A stretch of DNA of 64,000 nt from positions 28,768,001 through 28,832,000 of the forward strand of contig NC_092354.1 of assembly GCF_963676685.1 (NCBI RefSeq), read 5' to 3'. The first letter of the stretch is position 1, and each line of letters opens with the position of its first letter. Positions 27,901 to 41,365 of the stretch are shown one piece after another. The DNA comes from Mytilus edulis. Taxonomy: Eukaryota. Made by a program: the position numbers and the translations under genes. Below the pieces are notes generated by a model. The model did no database searches, had not been told where the DNA came from, and saw only the letters and a program-made list of their open reading frames with translations.

Positions 27901-28300
27901 ATCCAAAGATTAAGTTTTGAAAATTCTGTTGTTATGTTTAAGGGTGTATTGGCAAAAATGAAGTGAATACAAAAAAGATGTGGTATGATTGTCAATAAGC
28001 CAACTCTCCACAAGAGACCAAAATGACAGAAATTAACAATTATAAGGAGCCGTGCGGCCTTCAACAATGAGCAAAGCCATTTTTGGGGGGATTCTCTGCA
28101 AGATTATTCATTACCACTCGATAGAATTATAACATGTTTTGGATATTTCCTGCAGTCAGTCATCTGGAAATTGCACATTTCCCTATGGTCATTGAAATCA
28201 GCCATGAACATTCAAAAATATTTTTTAGGGAAATGAAGAAAACATTATAACAAACTAAGTTATTTTAATTAAAATATTACTAAACTAAGTGATATATATT

Positions 28301-29387
28301 AAACAAGAGGCTGTCACAACGACAGCAAACCGGATTTATTAATATTTATTTGTGTCCTGGCAATATCACAAGAACCATTACTGATGAATGGTGAAAGTGC
28401 AAATCGTCAATATCAAATTTGACCTCCATTTTGTCATCAGTATCAACATATTAAAATTTGAAAAGCTTAGATTGAATGGTTCATGAGTAAATGCAACAAC
28501 GTGAATGGAAACGCCATTTTACAATCTTTCAAGAACCATAACGCCTCAACGGTAAAAGTCAAAATCGTCATTATTGAACTTGACCTCCATTTTGTCATCA
28601 GTAACAACATATAAAAATTTCAAAAGCTTTGGTTGAATGGTTCATGAGAAAATGCACGGACATGACTGGAAACACCATTTTTCAATCTTTCAAGAACCAT
28701 AACTCCTGAACGGTAAAAGTCAAAATCGTCATTATTTAACTTGACCTCTATTTTGTCATCAGTTACAACATATTAAAATTTGGGAAGCTTTGGTAGAACA
28801 GTTCATGCGTAAATGCACAGACACAACTGGAAACTCCAGTTTTCAATCTTTCAAGAACCATAACTCCTGAACGGTAAAAGTCAAAATCGTCATTATTTAA
28901 CTTGACCTCCATTTTGTCACCAGTAACAACATATTAAAATTTGGGAAGTTTTGGTAGAACAGTTCATGCGTAAATGCACGGACACGACAGAAAACTCCAT
29001 TTTTCAATCTTTCAAGAACCATAACTCCTGAACGGTAAAAGTCAAAATCGTCATTATTGAACTTGACCTCCATTTTGTCACCAGTAACAACATATTAAAA
29101 TTTGGGAAGTTTTGGTAGAACAGTTCATGCGTAAATGCACGGACACGACAGAAAACTCCATTTTTCAATCTTTCAAGAACCATAACTCCTGAACGGTAAA
29201 AGTCAAAATCGCCATTATTGAACTTGACCTTCATTTAGTTGTCAGTAACAACATATTAAAATTTTAAAAGCTTTGGCTGAACGGTTCATGAGTTAATGCA
29301 CGGACAACATTTGATTGCCGCCCGCCCGACCGCCGTACATCCCCAAATCAATAACAGACATTTTTGTCACAAAAATCCGGTTAAAAA
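28301..29387 (-). mobile_element. HINE-like element with ~6 tandem ~161-bp satellite units
   Basis: Same ends as 14498-14947. Unit aagaaccataactcctgaacggtaaaagtcaaaatcg recurs every 161-162 bp. Confidence 0.85.
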
Positions 29388-29979
29388 TTACTTAAACGAG
29401 TGATTTCTATTAAAATATTACTCAAATAATTGATTTTCTAATTTTTAAAATGGTACTTAGATTAGTGATTTTTTTTTACTCAAAGGGAGGTAAATCTTGC
29501 TACTTTTCAGAATGGTACTTGTTTCAGTGATTAGATAAATCACTTGTTTAAGTAAGTCCCCTCACTGTTCGTATTCCCAATAGTTCTAGGTCTGGTGTGA
29601 TCTACTGGTAAAAAGCAGAGACCCAAATGGTGACGTGTATGGCCTGGTAGAGACTAGAGAACCCCGAATGGAGACATGACACAAGAGTCACGCTTGACCT
29701 AATACAGCCTTTTCTTGACCTGTAGTGATCTGCATCAAGATGCTTATCAAAAGACTAGAGACTATCCTTGTTAAGAAACCTTAACAGATATTTACACCTG
29801 GTATATACATAATCCATGGGGTATACGCAGTGCCCAGCTAGATAGGCCAGGTAACACTTTATGTACTACTGTATATTGGATATGTTATTTTGTGAAGATA
29901 TCAACTGATAAATGAAGTATAAACTGCAATTGATGTAGATTTTATTTATTTGTTAGAACCCATGATTCGATATTTGAAT

Positions 29980-30985
29980 GTTCTTCCAGATTTTATTAAA
30001 AATCTCAAGATCTTTTGTTAAAGCTTATAAAAAAAACTTTATATCTAATGAGAACTGTTCCAGCAAAACATACATGGGACAGGAGGGGGCTAATCAAATG
30101 AAAAGATACATGATATTAATTGTTGGTTAGTGGAACAGGCATCTATTGACCGTTTCTGGACTTCCAAACATTAGATTGAAAACATGGTAAATGTAATGAA
30201 AATCGACTATACTTTAACATACTTCTAAACAAAGATAAATAGCAATTAATAATAACAAATGGAAGTTTTTAACGACTTACGCTATATATAAACGAATGTA
30301 GGACAGAAAGTCACAGGACAATAAGTCACAATTCATTTTTTCGGACTATTTTCTTTGAATAAAAAACGCTTATTTTTACAAAAATATTTTTGCATTTCTC
30401 TTGAACTATTGTCTAAATTCTAACTTTGTAAACAAAATTTAACAATAAAAGGTCAAAGTAAATCACGTAATTGTTAAAAAAAACAAAATGTCAAAGTGGC
30501 TTTTTTGCATCCCTCCCACAGTCAGTTGCAATTAATTTCGAGATTGACACAGGCTGTATTGTAATGTTACTAAGAATGATTTTGTCGTTGTAGGTATCTA
30601 CCCTAACTTTTCTTTAGGAACCCGTATTTTCCGACACAACTTCAATAAATTCCTTTTTAATTACAGTTTAGTTCACTACATTCCACAAATTTGTGAGGTT
30701 TTCCCAACCATGTATTTATCGATATTGAGATAACGGAATCGCTTTAATTAATGTGACTTCGCACTAGTCACTTACCATCGAACGTTCATACACAAAGTGA
30801 CTACATTATTTTTATTTACCTGAAATTCAATACGTTGCAGGAAAAGGGAGAATCTGTACAAACTTCAAATATTATGATATCGTTTTTGCTGCAGATGCAT
30901 TAATTAATTGTCTTTTCATATGGTCAAATAGATGAAGTGAAGCGACGGATCAAAATTACAAATCAACTTCAATTATATGTATTTA
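29980..30985 (+). repeat. Diverged paralog of the sequence flanking the MULE tandem
   Basis: 29985-30205 aligns by eye to 47700-47935, and 30565-30985 aligns to 60995-61430. Confidence 0.75.
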
Positions 30986-31769
30986 TAGATTTAGTACCAG
31001 ATAGTTACAACGACAAAAATATTTTCAAGTTACCTGTGTGACAAATTAACATATGAATCGGATTTCCGACTAGAGTTGTCTTCACCACGAATACCATTGG
31101 GATAGAACAATTAGAGAATATTCGAGCAACCGTGTGTTTAATTTACTCAAATAATGTTGGAAACGTGTTCAGTAGTCCACCTAACTACATCTACACACTT
31201 TCTTAACTTCAATATGTTGAAGGTTACAAGAAGGCACATACTAGGGACATACTAGGGGAAACAAATTATAATCTCAAAATATATCCAATAATTTCCAAAA
31301 TCATTATTTTGATTTTTTTAGTATTATATAGATAACAACGTGATTTGATTGTGGTTTTGCACCATATATTTGTATATGATTGGGTTATGGTTATAGTTCG
31401 TAGTAGGGCAGACTAATTTTTATACTGACACAAAGATATACCATAATAGAAGTAATCTATATTTAACAATCGTAGAAATTTAACATTATACGAAAGAAAG
31501 ACCTTAGTTATTAAGTTTTATTTTTTTCCGGTCTAGAAATATTTGATACGGGACGCGAAGCAACCAAAATCAATCACGCGATTTTGTTAAATTAATCACA
31601 TGTGGTTTTCCTTTTGAATATTTCAACTTGTACTAATCTACAATATTAGTTAAACATAAACTTATCTATAAGCACTGCACCGTTTTGCAGATGTTCTCGT
31701 CAACTATGTTAATTAAACAATGTTCTTTCTATTTTCTGCGAGGAGAGTTCTAAGTAGTTACCGTAGATG

Positions 31770-31952
31770 TTATAAAAGAGGGGACGAAAGATACCAGAGG
31801 AACAGTAAAACTCATAAATCGACCATCAACTGACAACGCCATGGCTAAAAATGAAAAAGACACAAACAATAGTACACATGACACAACATCGAAAATTAAA
31901 GAATAACCAACACGAACCCCACCAAAACACTAGGGGTGATCTCAGGTGCTCT
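31770..31952 (+). repeat. Dispersed repeat (second copy 36476-36622, fragment near 46370)
   Basis: gagggacgaaagatacca...aaactcataaatc...aacacgaaccccacca...ggggtgatctcaggtgctc shared between copies. Confidence 0.7.
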
Positions 31953-32002
31953 GAAAGCGTTATATAACAATACGATGTTGACTATTCTTTCTTTTTCTCC
32001 AG

Positions 32003-32250
32003 TTATCCCAATCAAGGAATTTGTTGGTCCTAAAATATATAGTATTACCTATGATATGACTGAGAAATCAGAAAATGGTGATGAAAATGATTCCGAAAAA
32101 GAAAAGAAAGTAGCCAAAGGGATCGTCAAATGTGAAAAAGAAAAGATTTTGCGTCACACAATGTTTAAAACATGTTTTTTAGAGGAAAGTATAACCATGA
32201 ATTCAACAGGAAGTATTCGAAGTAAAAAACTAATTAAAACATATGTTTAA
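32003..32250 (+). pseudogene. Polinton/Maverick-type family B DNA polymerase C-terminal fragment
   Basis: IKEFVG-PKIYS...KKVAKGIVK...LRHTMFKTCFL...IRS matches the EFVGLRPKxYS / KxKG C-terminus of protein-primed PolB. Confidence 0.6.
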
Positions 32251-34454
32251 TAATTGAGATGGTCTCAAAGTTCGGACCTTCCTATGAAAACTCGGATTTA
32301 CCCAGATCGAAAAACGTTTGAACTATTTTGCCATTTAGGGCTCTTCATATCCACAAAGACTCGAATTCATCACACACGAAGTCAGATGACTTCAATTCTT
32401 GGACGCGTTTATCTTCCTTTTTTTGTTGCCTCCTTAACTTGGTAGGACGTGCCAAGCGGCCTTCTTGGTGCCTTTCATTATCTCGCACTATCCGACTACA
32501 TCCACAGTGAAGCCTTGCTGTGTCTTATATCAATAATGAATTGTAAAAATATGTGTACTCTAGAATCCTTTTAGAAATGAAAACAGAGCTGATACCACTT
32601 CCTCATAAAAATAACAACCAATTAATGACTGGAATGCCACCCAATTTGAATATATGGTGACCCACTGTAACAGCATAATTAATTGGAATTGTGTTTAATA
32701 CCATGATGGTTAAGTAGCATAAACGATCTCGCTCAAAGTTACAGGCTTTAAAAAAATGAGTATGGCGTCCCGATTTTAGGTCCAAATATGGCACCGGTGA
32801 CCCAATGTCAGTCACATGGTCAACCTCTAAAGTATGGCGTCCCATTTTTAGGGTCTTATATGGCGGTACTATCGGCCAACAGGAAAGTGGTAACACGACG
32901 TAAATTAAACACGTGTATACATTACAACTCCCTATCCATGCTTTCATCAAGCTTCAAACCGAATATAAATTCCCTATCATAAAAGTTTTAAAAAAAACGT
33001 TAACGAATACATTTTCGTGAACATAGAGCGCCTTTATAATTCATTTTGGTTTGGAAAAAGAAACTTTTTTTAAGATAACTTTTTAAATAAATAAATCGAC
33101 AAAATAAGAAAAACATTATATAAGATATACATGAAATTTTAAAGAGTTTTCATGTTTTTGGCTAATACAAAATATTTCTGTATAATTATAACTATATGTC
33201 ATGTCTGTAGTTCCCTTTTGGAATCATTATTTTATCACTATTTTCTAATTTAAGTTCACGGGTTCGAAATGATTATTAATGAACTGTGTGGATATAAAAA
33301 AACTTTACGGCATGCTCAAGCTTTTCTGGTTCCATTATTGAACGATGAAATTGTTTGCCTTTTCGTTCATAGTGCATGTAAAGGGGCATATTGCCTAGCC
33401 TCGTCAATCTTATACATTGTTAGTCCAGGTATCATATTTTGAAGTTTAGAATATTTTGGGCGTGAACAGTTATTTTCACGACAAAAATGTCACGTACAAA
33501 TAAAGGCAACAAAGCGTCAAAATACAGTCGTTCTTTTCTTTTCTTTTTTGTTAACGTTAATACTGCAAATATTGACATTTAAATGTCTAAAATGTTACTA
33601 ATAATTGCAAAGTGAGGGAATATACATCCTTCAGTTATACTGCAACGGATATTCTAGATAGTATCAACAGATTTGACTCACAACAATATTTGATTGAAAA
33701 GACTTTCTGACGTTTGTTGTTGACATCGAAATAAAGATTGTTTATGAGCACTAAAATACGTATCGTATGTTGTTTTTAGTTTAAGAAACACTTTTGAAAA
33801 TAAATACTTTCAATCTAGTTGTTGAGCTCGGTATATTAGATGGAACTGTCGTAAGAGATCTGTATCTGCAATCAACAGTCTTACCCGAGCAACTACATGA
33901 GGTAGGGCATCCATTGACGGTGATGCAGGATGGATATAAAAGTTAAAATGTCTAATTGTACTTGCATTTCTACCTAAATTTCCTTTATTTGTAAAATCAT
34001 TTTGATTTTTTTTCTCCCCATAATCTGACTTAGGTGTTAGGGGGAGAACATCAAGGGGGAGACCATTCACTACTATTTTTCCATATCTTACTTTCCTGTA
34101 TGGGAAAGATCGTTTTTTCCCACTGCTTTTGCTAAAAAAAAAAATATAACAAACTATTTACTAAAATACATTTAAAAATTATTTTTGTTGAGCCTTTGAG
34201 TGAATACAAAAAAGCGAGACATAGTGATCCTACATTCTGTTTCGTCAGCGTCCACAAATTCTGATTGAATTATCCAAACAATGGTAAAATTTGTTGAAAA
34301 AGTTGCAAATTTTCTATAAACGTAGTTGGTTTAATTTTACTTATAATACAATTGTCAATACGTATAAGAAAATTATCTTGTTCAAATGACCGATTTAAGG
34401 TAATATGAAATACAATTATTATAAAAGTTGTCAAATTTACAGTATAATGTGAAT

Positions 34455-35982
34455 AAACAGCTGCGCCATGAGCGCATGATACGCCCGACGTTTGTGTGGA
34501 AGTTTTATGCAATAATCATAAATAGTTTCTGAGAAAGTTTTAAGCAATTACCATTTATTGCTTTTGAGACACGGCGGGACATGTGAAACCCCCCCCCCCC
34601 CCCCCCCACCCTGTTTTTTTTTTTTTACAAATATCACTAAATCATAAATTGTTTTTGCGATACGGCGCGACATGTAAAAAAAAAATCTCCCCTTTTTTAC
34701 AAAATACTCAATAACTCAAAAATAAAATTGTGAGTCATCACCAAAAAGTATACAGATCTTAAGATTAATATAACAAAGAAGTGTGTAAAGTTTTAAGCAA
34801 TAATCATAAATCGTTTTTGAGATACGGCACGACATGTATCTTTTGCTCTTTGCACGTTAAGAACCCTTGCAACAACTCTTTGAGGGGTCCGTAGGTGGCC
34901 TGTTGCAAGGCAAAATTTTGGTCCCTATCCAATATATCCTCATTTTCTAGTGGCAGTCCAAATTTCCCCGACCATCATCCCAGATGGCCTTTATTGTATC
35001 AACCTACCTTCTGTATTTATTGTGAACTTGTTTTCGTCCTGAACATCCCCAAGGGTGACTGGGGTATAGAAGTATGGTCACTTGGTCTTCTCCCGACCGG
35101 CAGTAAAACGCTTGCCAAAGTGGGGCGTCCGTTTGGCTGTGCGGGATGTATCAAGTTCGCAGTCACGTCCGGTCAGAAGGGGGACGTTAAATCCGATGCC
35201 TCGTGTAAAGAGAGTGCCACGCTCTTTGCACGTTAAGAACCCTTGCAACAACTGTCCCTATATACCCTATTGCCACGCTCTTTGCACGTTAAGAACCCTT
35301 GCAACAACTGTCCCTATATACCCTCTTTTTCCGGTGGCAGTCCAAATTTCTCCGACCATCATCCCAAATGGCCTCTATTGTATCAACCTACCTATTGTAT
35401 TTATTGTGAACTTGTTCTCGTCCTGAATATGCATGAAATATTTGCCACTGGACGTTAAGCAACCAACAATCAATCGTCCTGAATATGCATGAAATATTTG
35501 CCACTGGACGTTAAGCAACCAACAATCAATCAATCAATAAATCATTTTTGAGATACGGCGCAACATGTAAAAAACCCTCCCCCTTTTTTACAAAATACTC
35601 AATAACTTAAAAATGAAATTTTGAATCATCACCAAAAAGTATACAGATATTAAGATTAATATAACTAAGAAGTGTTTACAGTTTTAAGCAATAATCAAGA
35701 ATCGTTTTTGAGATACGGTGCGACATGTGAAAAAAAAAATCACACCCCTGTTTTAGTGACAAAGTGCCGTAACTCAAAAAGTTTAAATCTTATTTTCACC
35801 AAAAAGTATACAGATCATTTGACCATCATAAAAAACAACTATATTAAGTTTCATGAAATTTAGATTAGTCGTTCTCAAGTTACGGTGCGACATGTTTACG
35901 CCGGACAGACAGACGGACGGACGGACACCGGACATTTGTATACCATAATACGTCCCGTCAAAATTTTGACGGGCGTATAAAA
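34455..35982 (-). mobile_element. HINE-like element with internal tandem units and a nested, rearranged SINE
   Basis: subTIR atacgcccg/cgggcgtat, palindrome cccgtcaaaattttgacggg, (gaca/gacg)n microsatellite and repeated ttttgagatacggcgcgacatgt units. Confidence 0.75.
34840..35535 (+). mobile_element. Compound MetaSINE-like insertion with internal duplications
   Basis: A partial copy is followed by a longer copy starting cccaagggtgactgggg. The gcacgttaagaacccttgc block and the 3' tail are duplicated. Confidence 0.7.
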
Positions 35983-36704
35983 ATTATTAATATACCGATG
36001 GTCGGTTTAAAACATATTCTGTACAATTATTCATAAAAAGTGGTCGATTTCGGTTTTATCTAATACAATTTTCCTAAAAATGGTTAAATTAACTGAAAAA
36101 TGTAAATTTTGAACGAAGCTGTGGTTTGATCTTGTTTATATCTGACACAAATGTTAGAACATAAAAGAAAATTATCTTAATCAAATGACCGATTAAAGGT
36201 AACATCAAATACAATTATAAAAAAAAGTTTTCAAATTTTCGGTAAAACATTTAAACTAGTACGGACCTACCATTTGTTTATCCTTATTATTATTTGTGGT
36301 AATTATTCAAGATAAGATTTTTTATCTTCCTTACCTGGCCAGATAAAATGTTTTTCTCAAAATTCAGAATCAAATATATTATTTCCGGAAAAAACATGCC
36401 TGTAAAATGGTCGGTCCGGGACACATGTTTTATTTGGATTATTTGTTACACTCTATTAGATTGTCAGTTTACATGAAAGAGGGACGAAAGATACCAAAGG
36501 GACAGTCAAACTCATAAATCTAAAACAAACAAACAACAGCACACATGACACAACATAGAAAACCAAAGAATAAACAACACGAACCCCACCACAAATCTAG
36601 GGGTGATCTCAGGTGCTCCGGAAAATGTATATATACATGGATATGCATTATTAACACAATGCTGTAAGTGACAATCTATATCTGTAGATAATTAGCCTTT
36701 CTTT

Positions 36705-37040
36705 TAGAAAGAGCTGCACACAGCTGTACAATTGATACCATTTCCCATCTAGGATGACGATACAAGGAACCGATCACTTTAAATGTTTGTAGCTCTTTGA
36801 TAACATGTTCTACATACAATCTTCTCTTTTGTGAAGAATGTTATATTCTCGTTTGCGCCTTCGTTCCATCTGTTGCAAACTTAGAAGTTCTACCGTTTAA
36901 TATGGCGCGTAACCAGAGGGTCGGTGTTTTGATAAATACTATCCGCAAGAAATTAACAATTGTCTGGAAAATCAAATTCCATGCCCGGTCCTATAGGTTT
37001 CATTTGCTGGTTGGTAAATGCGCCATTGTTGTGACCTAGA
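36705..37040 (-). pseudogene. PIF/Harbinger-ISL2EU (DDE_Tnp_4-type) transposase C-terminal relic
   Basis: Minus-strand translation across frameshifts gives FLADSIY...PLVT...YNILH...YVEHVIKELQTFKVIGSLYRH. Confidence 0.65.
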
Positions 37041-37207
37041 AATCCAGAATGTGTTTATCAGATATATTTTTTTCTGTTGTCTTTAATAATCTACAAATAC
37101 ATAGGGGGATATTTTAAAAATCATCATACTATTATTTTTGGTAAATTGTCGATTAGATAACTTTCATTTTACTTTTAAACTTTTCTAACGTATTTTTTCA
37201 GACATAT

Positions 37208-37529
37208 GGTACCTTTGATAACTATTTACACCACTGGGTCGATGCCACAATTGCCACTGCTGGTGGACGTTTCGTCCCCAAGGGCATTACTAGCCCGGTA
37301 GTCAACACTTCGGTGTTGACATGAATATCAATAATGTTGTCATTTTTATAAATTTCCTGTGCACAAAACTTTGAATTTTTCAAAAAATAAGAATGTTCTT
37401 ATCCCAGGCATAAATTACCTTAGATGTATTTGGCACAACTTTTTGGAATTTTGGATACTCAATGCTCTTCAAGATTGTACTTGTTTGGCTTTAAAAATAT
37501 TTTGATATGAGCGTCACTGATGAGTCTTA
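37208..37529 (+). mobile_element. Truncated hammerhead retrozyme-like repeat unit
   Basis: gcgtca-CTGATGA-gtc at 37511-37526 with the GAAA half missing. A degenerate opposite-strand core (ctagtaa...ggggacGAAAc) lies at 37269-37293. Confidence 0.55.
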
Positions 37530-38308
37530 ACTCCCAAAATCATATATTATATTTTACTTATATATTATAAACAAATTATACATAAACACATGACATGATA
37601 TAACTTATTAAATTTTCTTTTAAATGCAATTGCAAGGAAGGACAATAACAATTTACAGTCATTCACTGTTCAAAAAACTTTTGAGAATGAGTTATCTCCC
37701 TTAGTAAATGACCATTTTAGCAAAAATGGCAAGCCATTAACAGTACTATGGTTTGAAAACTGTAGACTATTAAATTAATCTATAAATTTAAAAATAAGAA
37801 TATGTGGTAAAATTACCAATGAGATATATTGCCATCCAATACCAAATGTCATATATCATCAATTATAGATCACAGTATTGGCCTTCAACCTGGAGTATGA
37901 CTCACATTGCAAGGTAAAATATAAAAGGACCCAGAATGACCAGTGTGAAATAATTCAAAAGATACAATCCAATTGCCAGATGTACATAAAAAATTAATAA
38001 GGAGACTGTTGTTCTGTATAATTGTGCCCCTAATAAGTGGTGAATATCCAAAATTGTAACCTTAAAATATAAAAAAGAAGATGTGGTGTAATTGCCAATG
38101 ACACGACTCTTCACAAGAGACAATATGACACAGAAATTAAAAACTATAGGTCGTTATACAGTCATTTCTTTTTTACTGTGCCCTCAGTAAAAAAACTTTG
38201 AAGGGTTAAACATTTGGAATATTTACTTTGCCTGAGCATGCTGAGGGTCATAATTGTATAATAATATTCATAACATAAAAATCACTAACTGAATTGGTTT
38301 CTCTTCAG

Positions 38309-40770
38309 GTATAGCTCCAGGTCAAAGTCAGGCACTTTTTAAGATGATTCAAGATAAAGACCCAGAATCTGCCAACTCATCTGAACTTCAAGAGATCATT
38401 GTAAAGATTCATCAGGAGAGTACAGACAGAAACACAAAACAGCAACTTTTGTCATTGATTGCCTTGTCACATACTAAGAAAGATCTTCAACAGCTTATAC
38501 CTGGGCTGACAGTGTATGCAATAAATGGTGCCAGGAAACATGCTAAAACTAATGGCCATGGTAATTTTAATATCCACATATTATATATTTACCATAACTT
38601 GAAGTTGAAAAATTATTGAGATTTTCAATTCATTAATAAAAAATAGAATAATATTTTTTGCACAAAAAGATTTACTTACTCTATTATAGAGCATTTCTTA
38701 AAGATTATGGTCACAGTTAAAAACAAAAACAGCTAAGTTAATTTCAGTCAGATACAGCTTTTTTCCCATAACTCAAAAACTGTATCTTGATCTTGACCAA
38801 AGGTCAGATGTTAAGAGTTAAGAGTTAAGGTCACAGTAAGAAAACTATAATAACAATTGTTTCTAGGCATTACTGCATTGTTTTATTCCAGAATTTGACC
38901 CCCAAAGGTCATATCATTTAGGTCAAAGTCACATTCAGAGAATGATTTTAATCATATTTAGTCCAAGTACTTACTCCTTTTGATTATTATCATCATTCTT
39001 TGTTTATTGATTCATTGATACAAATGTTATTATCATAAAAAAAAAGAAATTGCAAAATGTGGTAAGTAAGCATATGAATACCTTTTAGCAGAATAAATTG
39101 TTTTGAATGTGTTAACTAAACAGTAATATGCAAACTAAAATGTTATGAAAATAAAATGTCTTAAGTCTTTCCACTAGTGATTTATAAAAATATTTGCTTT
39201 TATTCAGGTGCTATAATACCTAAACAGCTCCCAGTCTTTCGACATAGGATGGATAAAGACAAGTTAGACCATGCCTTAGATTTTTTCTTCAGTCCATCAT
39301 TTCAGCAGGTAAAAAAATATTGATATTGATGAAACTGAATATTCTTACCGTACACAACCTGAGAATATGCATGAGGGAAATTAGTCTTGGTCCAATTATT
39401 TCAAGGGAGATAATTGAACTATTGAGTTTAATATTGCAATATGTAGTAACAGGTCTCGTAAGTGCAACTTCTTATTAACAGCTTGATCAATATTGATGAA
39501 ACTTTACACACTTGCAGTACATAATCCGAGAATGTGCATAAAGGGAAAAAAACCTGGTCAAAAATATTTCAAGAGAGATAATTGAAACTAATTTAGTTTA
39601 TTGAAGTTTATGGGTAGTTGGGATATCATTTTAGTGAGTTCTATGCAACTCTTAGAATGCCAGATATTATCCACACAGGTATGTGTCCATTTGTGTTCAA
39701 ATATACCCTAAAAAGCGGGGGTATATAGTGATAGGGAAGTCCATCAATCTGTTGTTCGTCCGTTCATTCGTCTGTCCATTCGTCTCAGATACTTTGTATC
39801 TGCAACTCCTTATTAACCACTTATCTGAAAGAAATGAAACTTTCTCAGATTCTTTATGATATAATGCCATGGTGCACCTCCTTTTTTGTTTTTGTTTAAA
39901 TTGATTTTTGGGGTTTCCAATACAATAACATGAACTTTGCAAGATGCAGGGGTATAATTTTGTGAAAATAGTGCTCTTACACTATGATTTTGTTAATCAA
40001 ACTTTGATTAAGATACTTTAGATATTTAAATGTTTTTTTTCTATGAGAAAATGGGCTCATAATATTCAGCTGCAACTGCAACTGTTGGTCAGTGAAACTT
40101 CTCTGAAACCATAAAACAGAATATCATGAAACTTTATAGATGATTAGGACTTTTTGTTAAGATTTGTATACACACACAGATTTTGATCAACTAACTTTTT
40201 GTATGAGTTATGAGTCTTTCAACTATTGAATCTGATAAGATTTGTTTGACTAGTGACAATTATTTGGGCATGGTAATGCGAGTTTTCTCTTTAAGGTTCT
40301 TGAATTATCTAATAATAGCTTAAACCTTTTTTGATTTCTAGGTCTCATCCTTTGGTGTAAAGGAAATGAAGTTGGACAATGGAAATACAGTAACAATACC
40401 TGAAGTAGTGAGAACTGCATGTCATGCCACTCTTATAAACGTGTATACAAAATTTTGTACAGAAACTGAATTCCTGCCTTTATCAAGATCCACTTTATTC
40501 AAAATTCTAAATGCATGTCCATCTTCAAGACGAACAAACCTGAAAGGCCTCGACAATTGTGCCGCTGATGGTGGTGCATCATATGAGACATTGTTAACAA
40601 CAGTCAAGGAAATGGGTAACTATGTTGTTGATGAGGAAGTGCAAGTAGAATTGCGTGACTGCAAGGACAGTTTAAATGCCAGTAAATTTTACTTGAAGAC
40701 AGACTTTAAAGCACACCTCAGGAAATGTGATAAATTCTGTTGTGAATTCTTGCACTTTTGCTATAAATGA
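38309..40770 (+). pseudogene. Spliced DNA-transposon protein fragment, tentatively Sola3-like (exons 38309-38560, 39208-39308, 40342-~40770)
   Basis: Three exons join in frame, giving SFGVKEMKLDNG...IPEVVRT...FLPLSRSTLFKILNACPSSRRTNLKGLDN...YLKTDFKAHL. The catalytic region is not seen, and the family label is from recollection. Confidence 0.55.
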
Positions 40771-40916
40771 TGCTTCTGATGACAGAAATCTATGATTTTA
40801 ATTATTTATTTCACAATCATCATGATCATCACAATCCTCAAAATTTGCTAGTTTGAAAATTTATTTTTCAGAAAGAAAAAAATTCTAGGGTCGATCGTGT
40901 ACTGGAAACACCTATT

Positions 40917-41365
40917 GTGACTGTAAAGATCTCGGTGCTTGTGATACATTATTTTTCGTCAAGATGAGTGACTAAAGATCTTAGTGCTTGTGATGCATTT
41001 TTGTTTCCCAAGATGAGTGACTAAAGATATTGGTACTTGTGGTACATTATTGTTTCCCCAAGATGAGTGACTAAAGATATTGGTACTTGTGGTACATTAT
41101 TGTTTCCCCAAGATGAGTGACTGTAAAGATCTCGGTGCTTGTGATACATTATTTTTCGTCAAGATGAGTGACTATAGATCTTAGTGCTTGTGATGCATTT
41201 TTGTTTCCCAAGATGAGCGACTAAAGATCTTTGCACTTGTGGTTCATTATTGTTTCCCCAAGATGAATGACTGTAAAGATCTCGGTGCTTGTGGTGCATT
41301 ATTGTTTCCCGAGATGGTTGTTGTGCATTATTGTTTTTCAAGATGAGTGACTCAAGGTCTTGGTG
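40917..41365. repeat. Minisatellite, ~50-bp unit, ~9 copies, with a ~200-bp higher-order repeat
   Basis: caagatgagtgactaaagat...cttgtg unit. The gtgactgtaaagatctcggtgcttgtgatacattatttttcgtc variant occurs at ~40917 and ~41118. Confidence 0.85.

Noticed and set aside
40917-41365. CRISPR-like appearance of repeated caagatgagtgactaaagat
   Set aside because: The intervening segments are variants of one another rather than unique spacers, the context is eukaryotic, and there are no cas genes.
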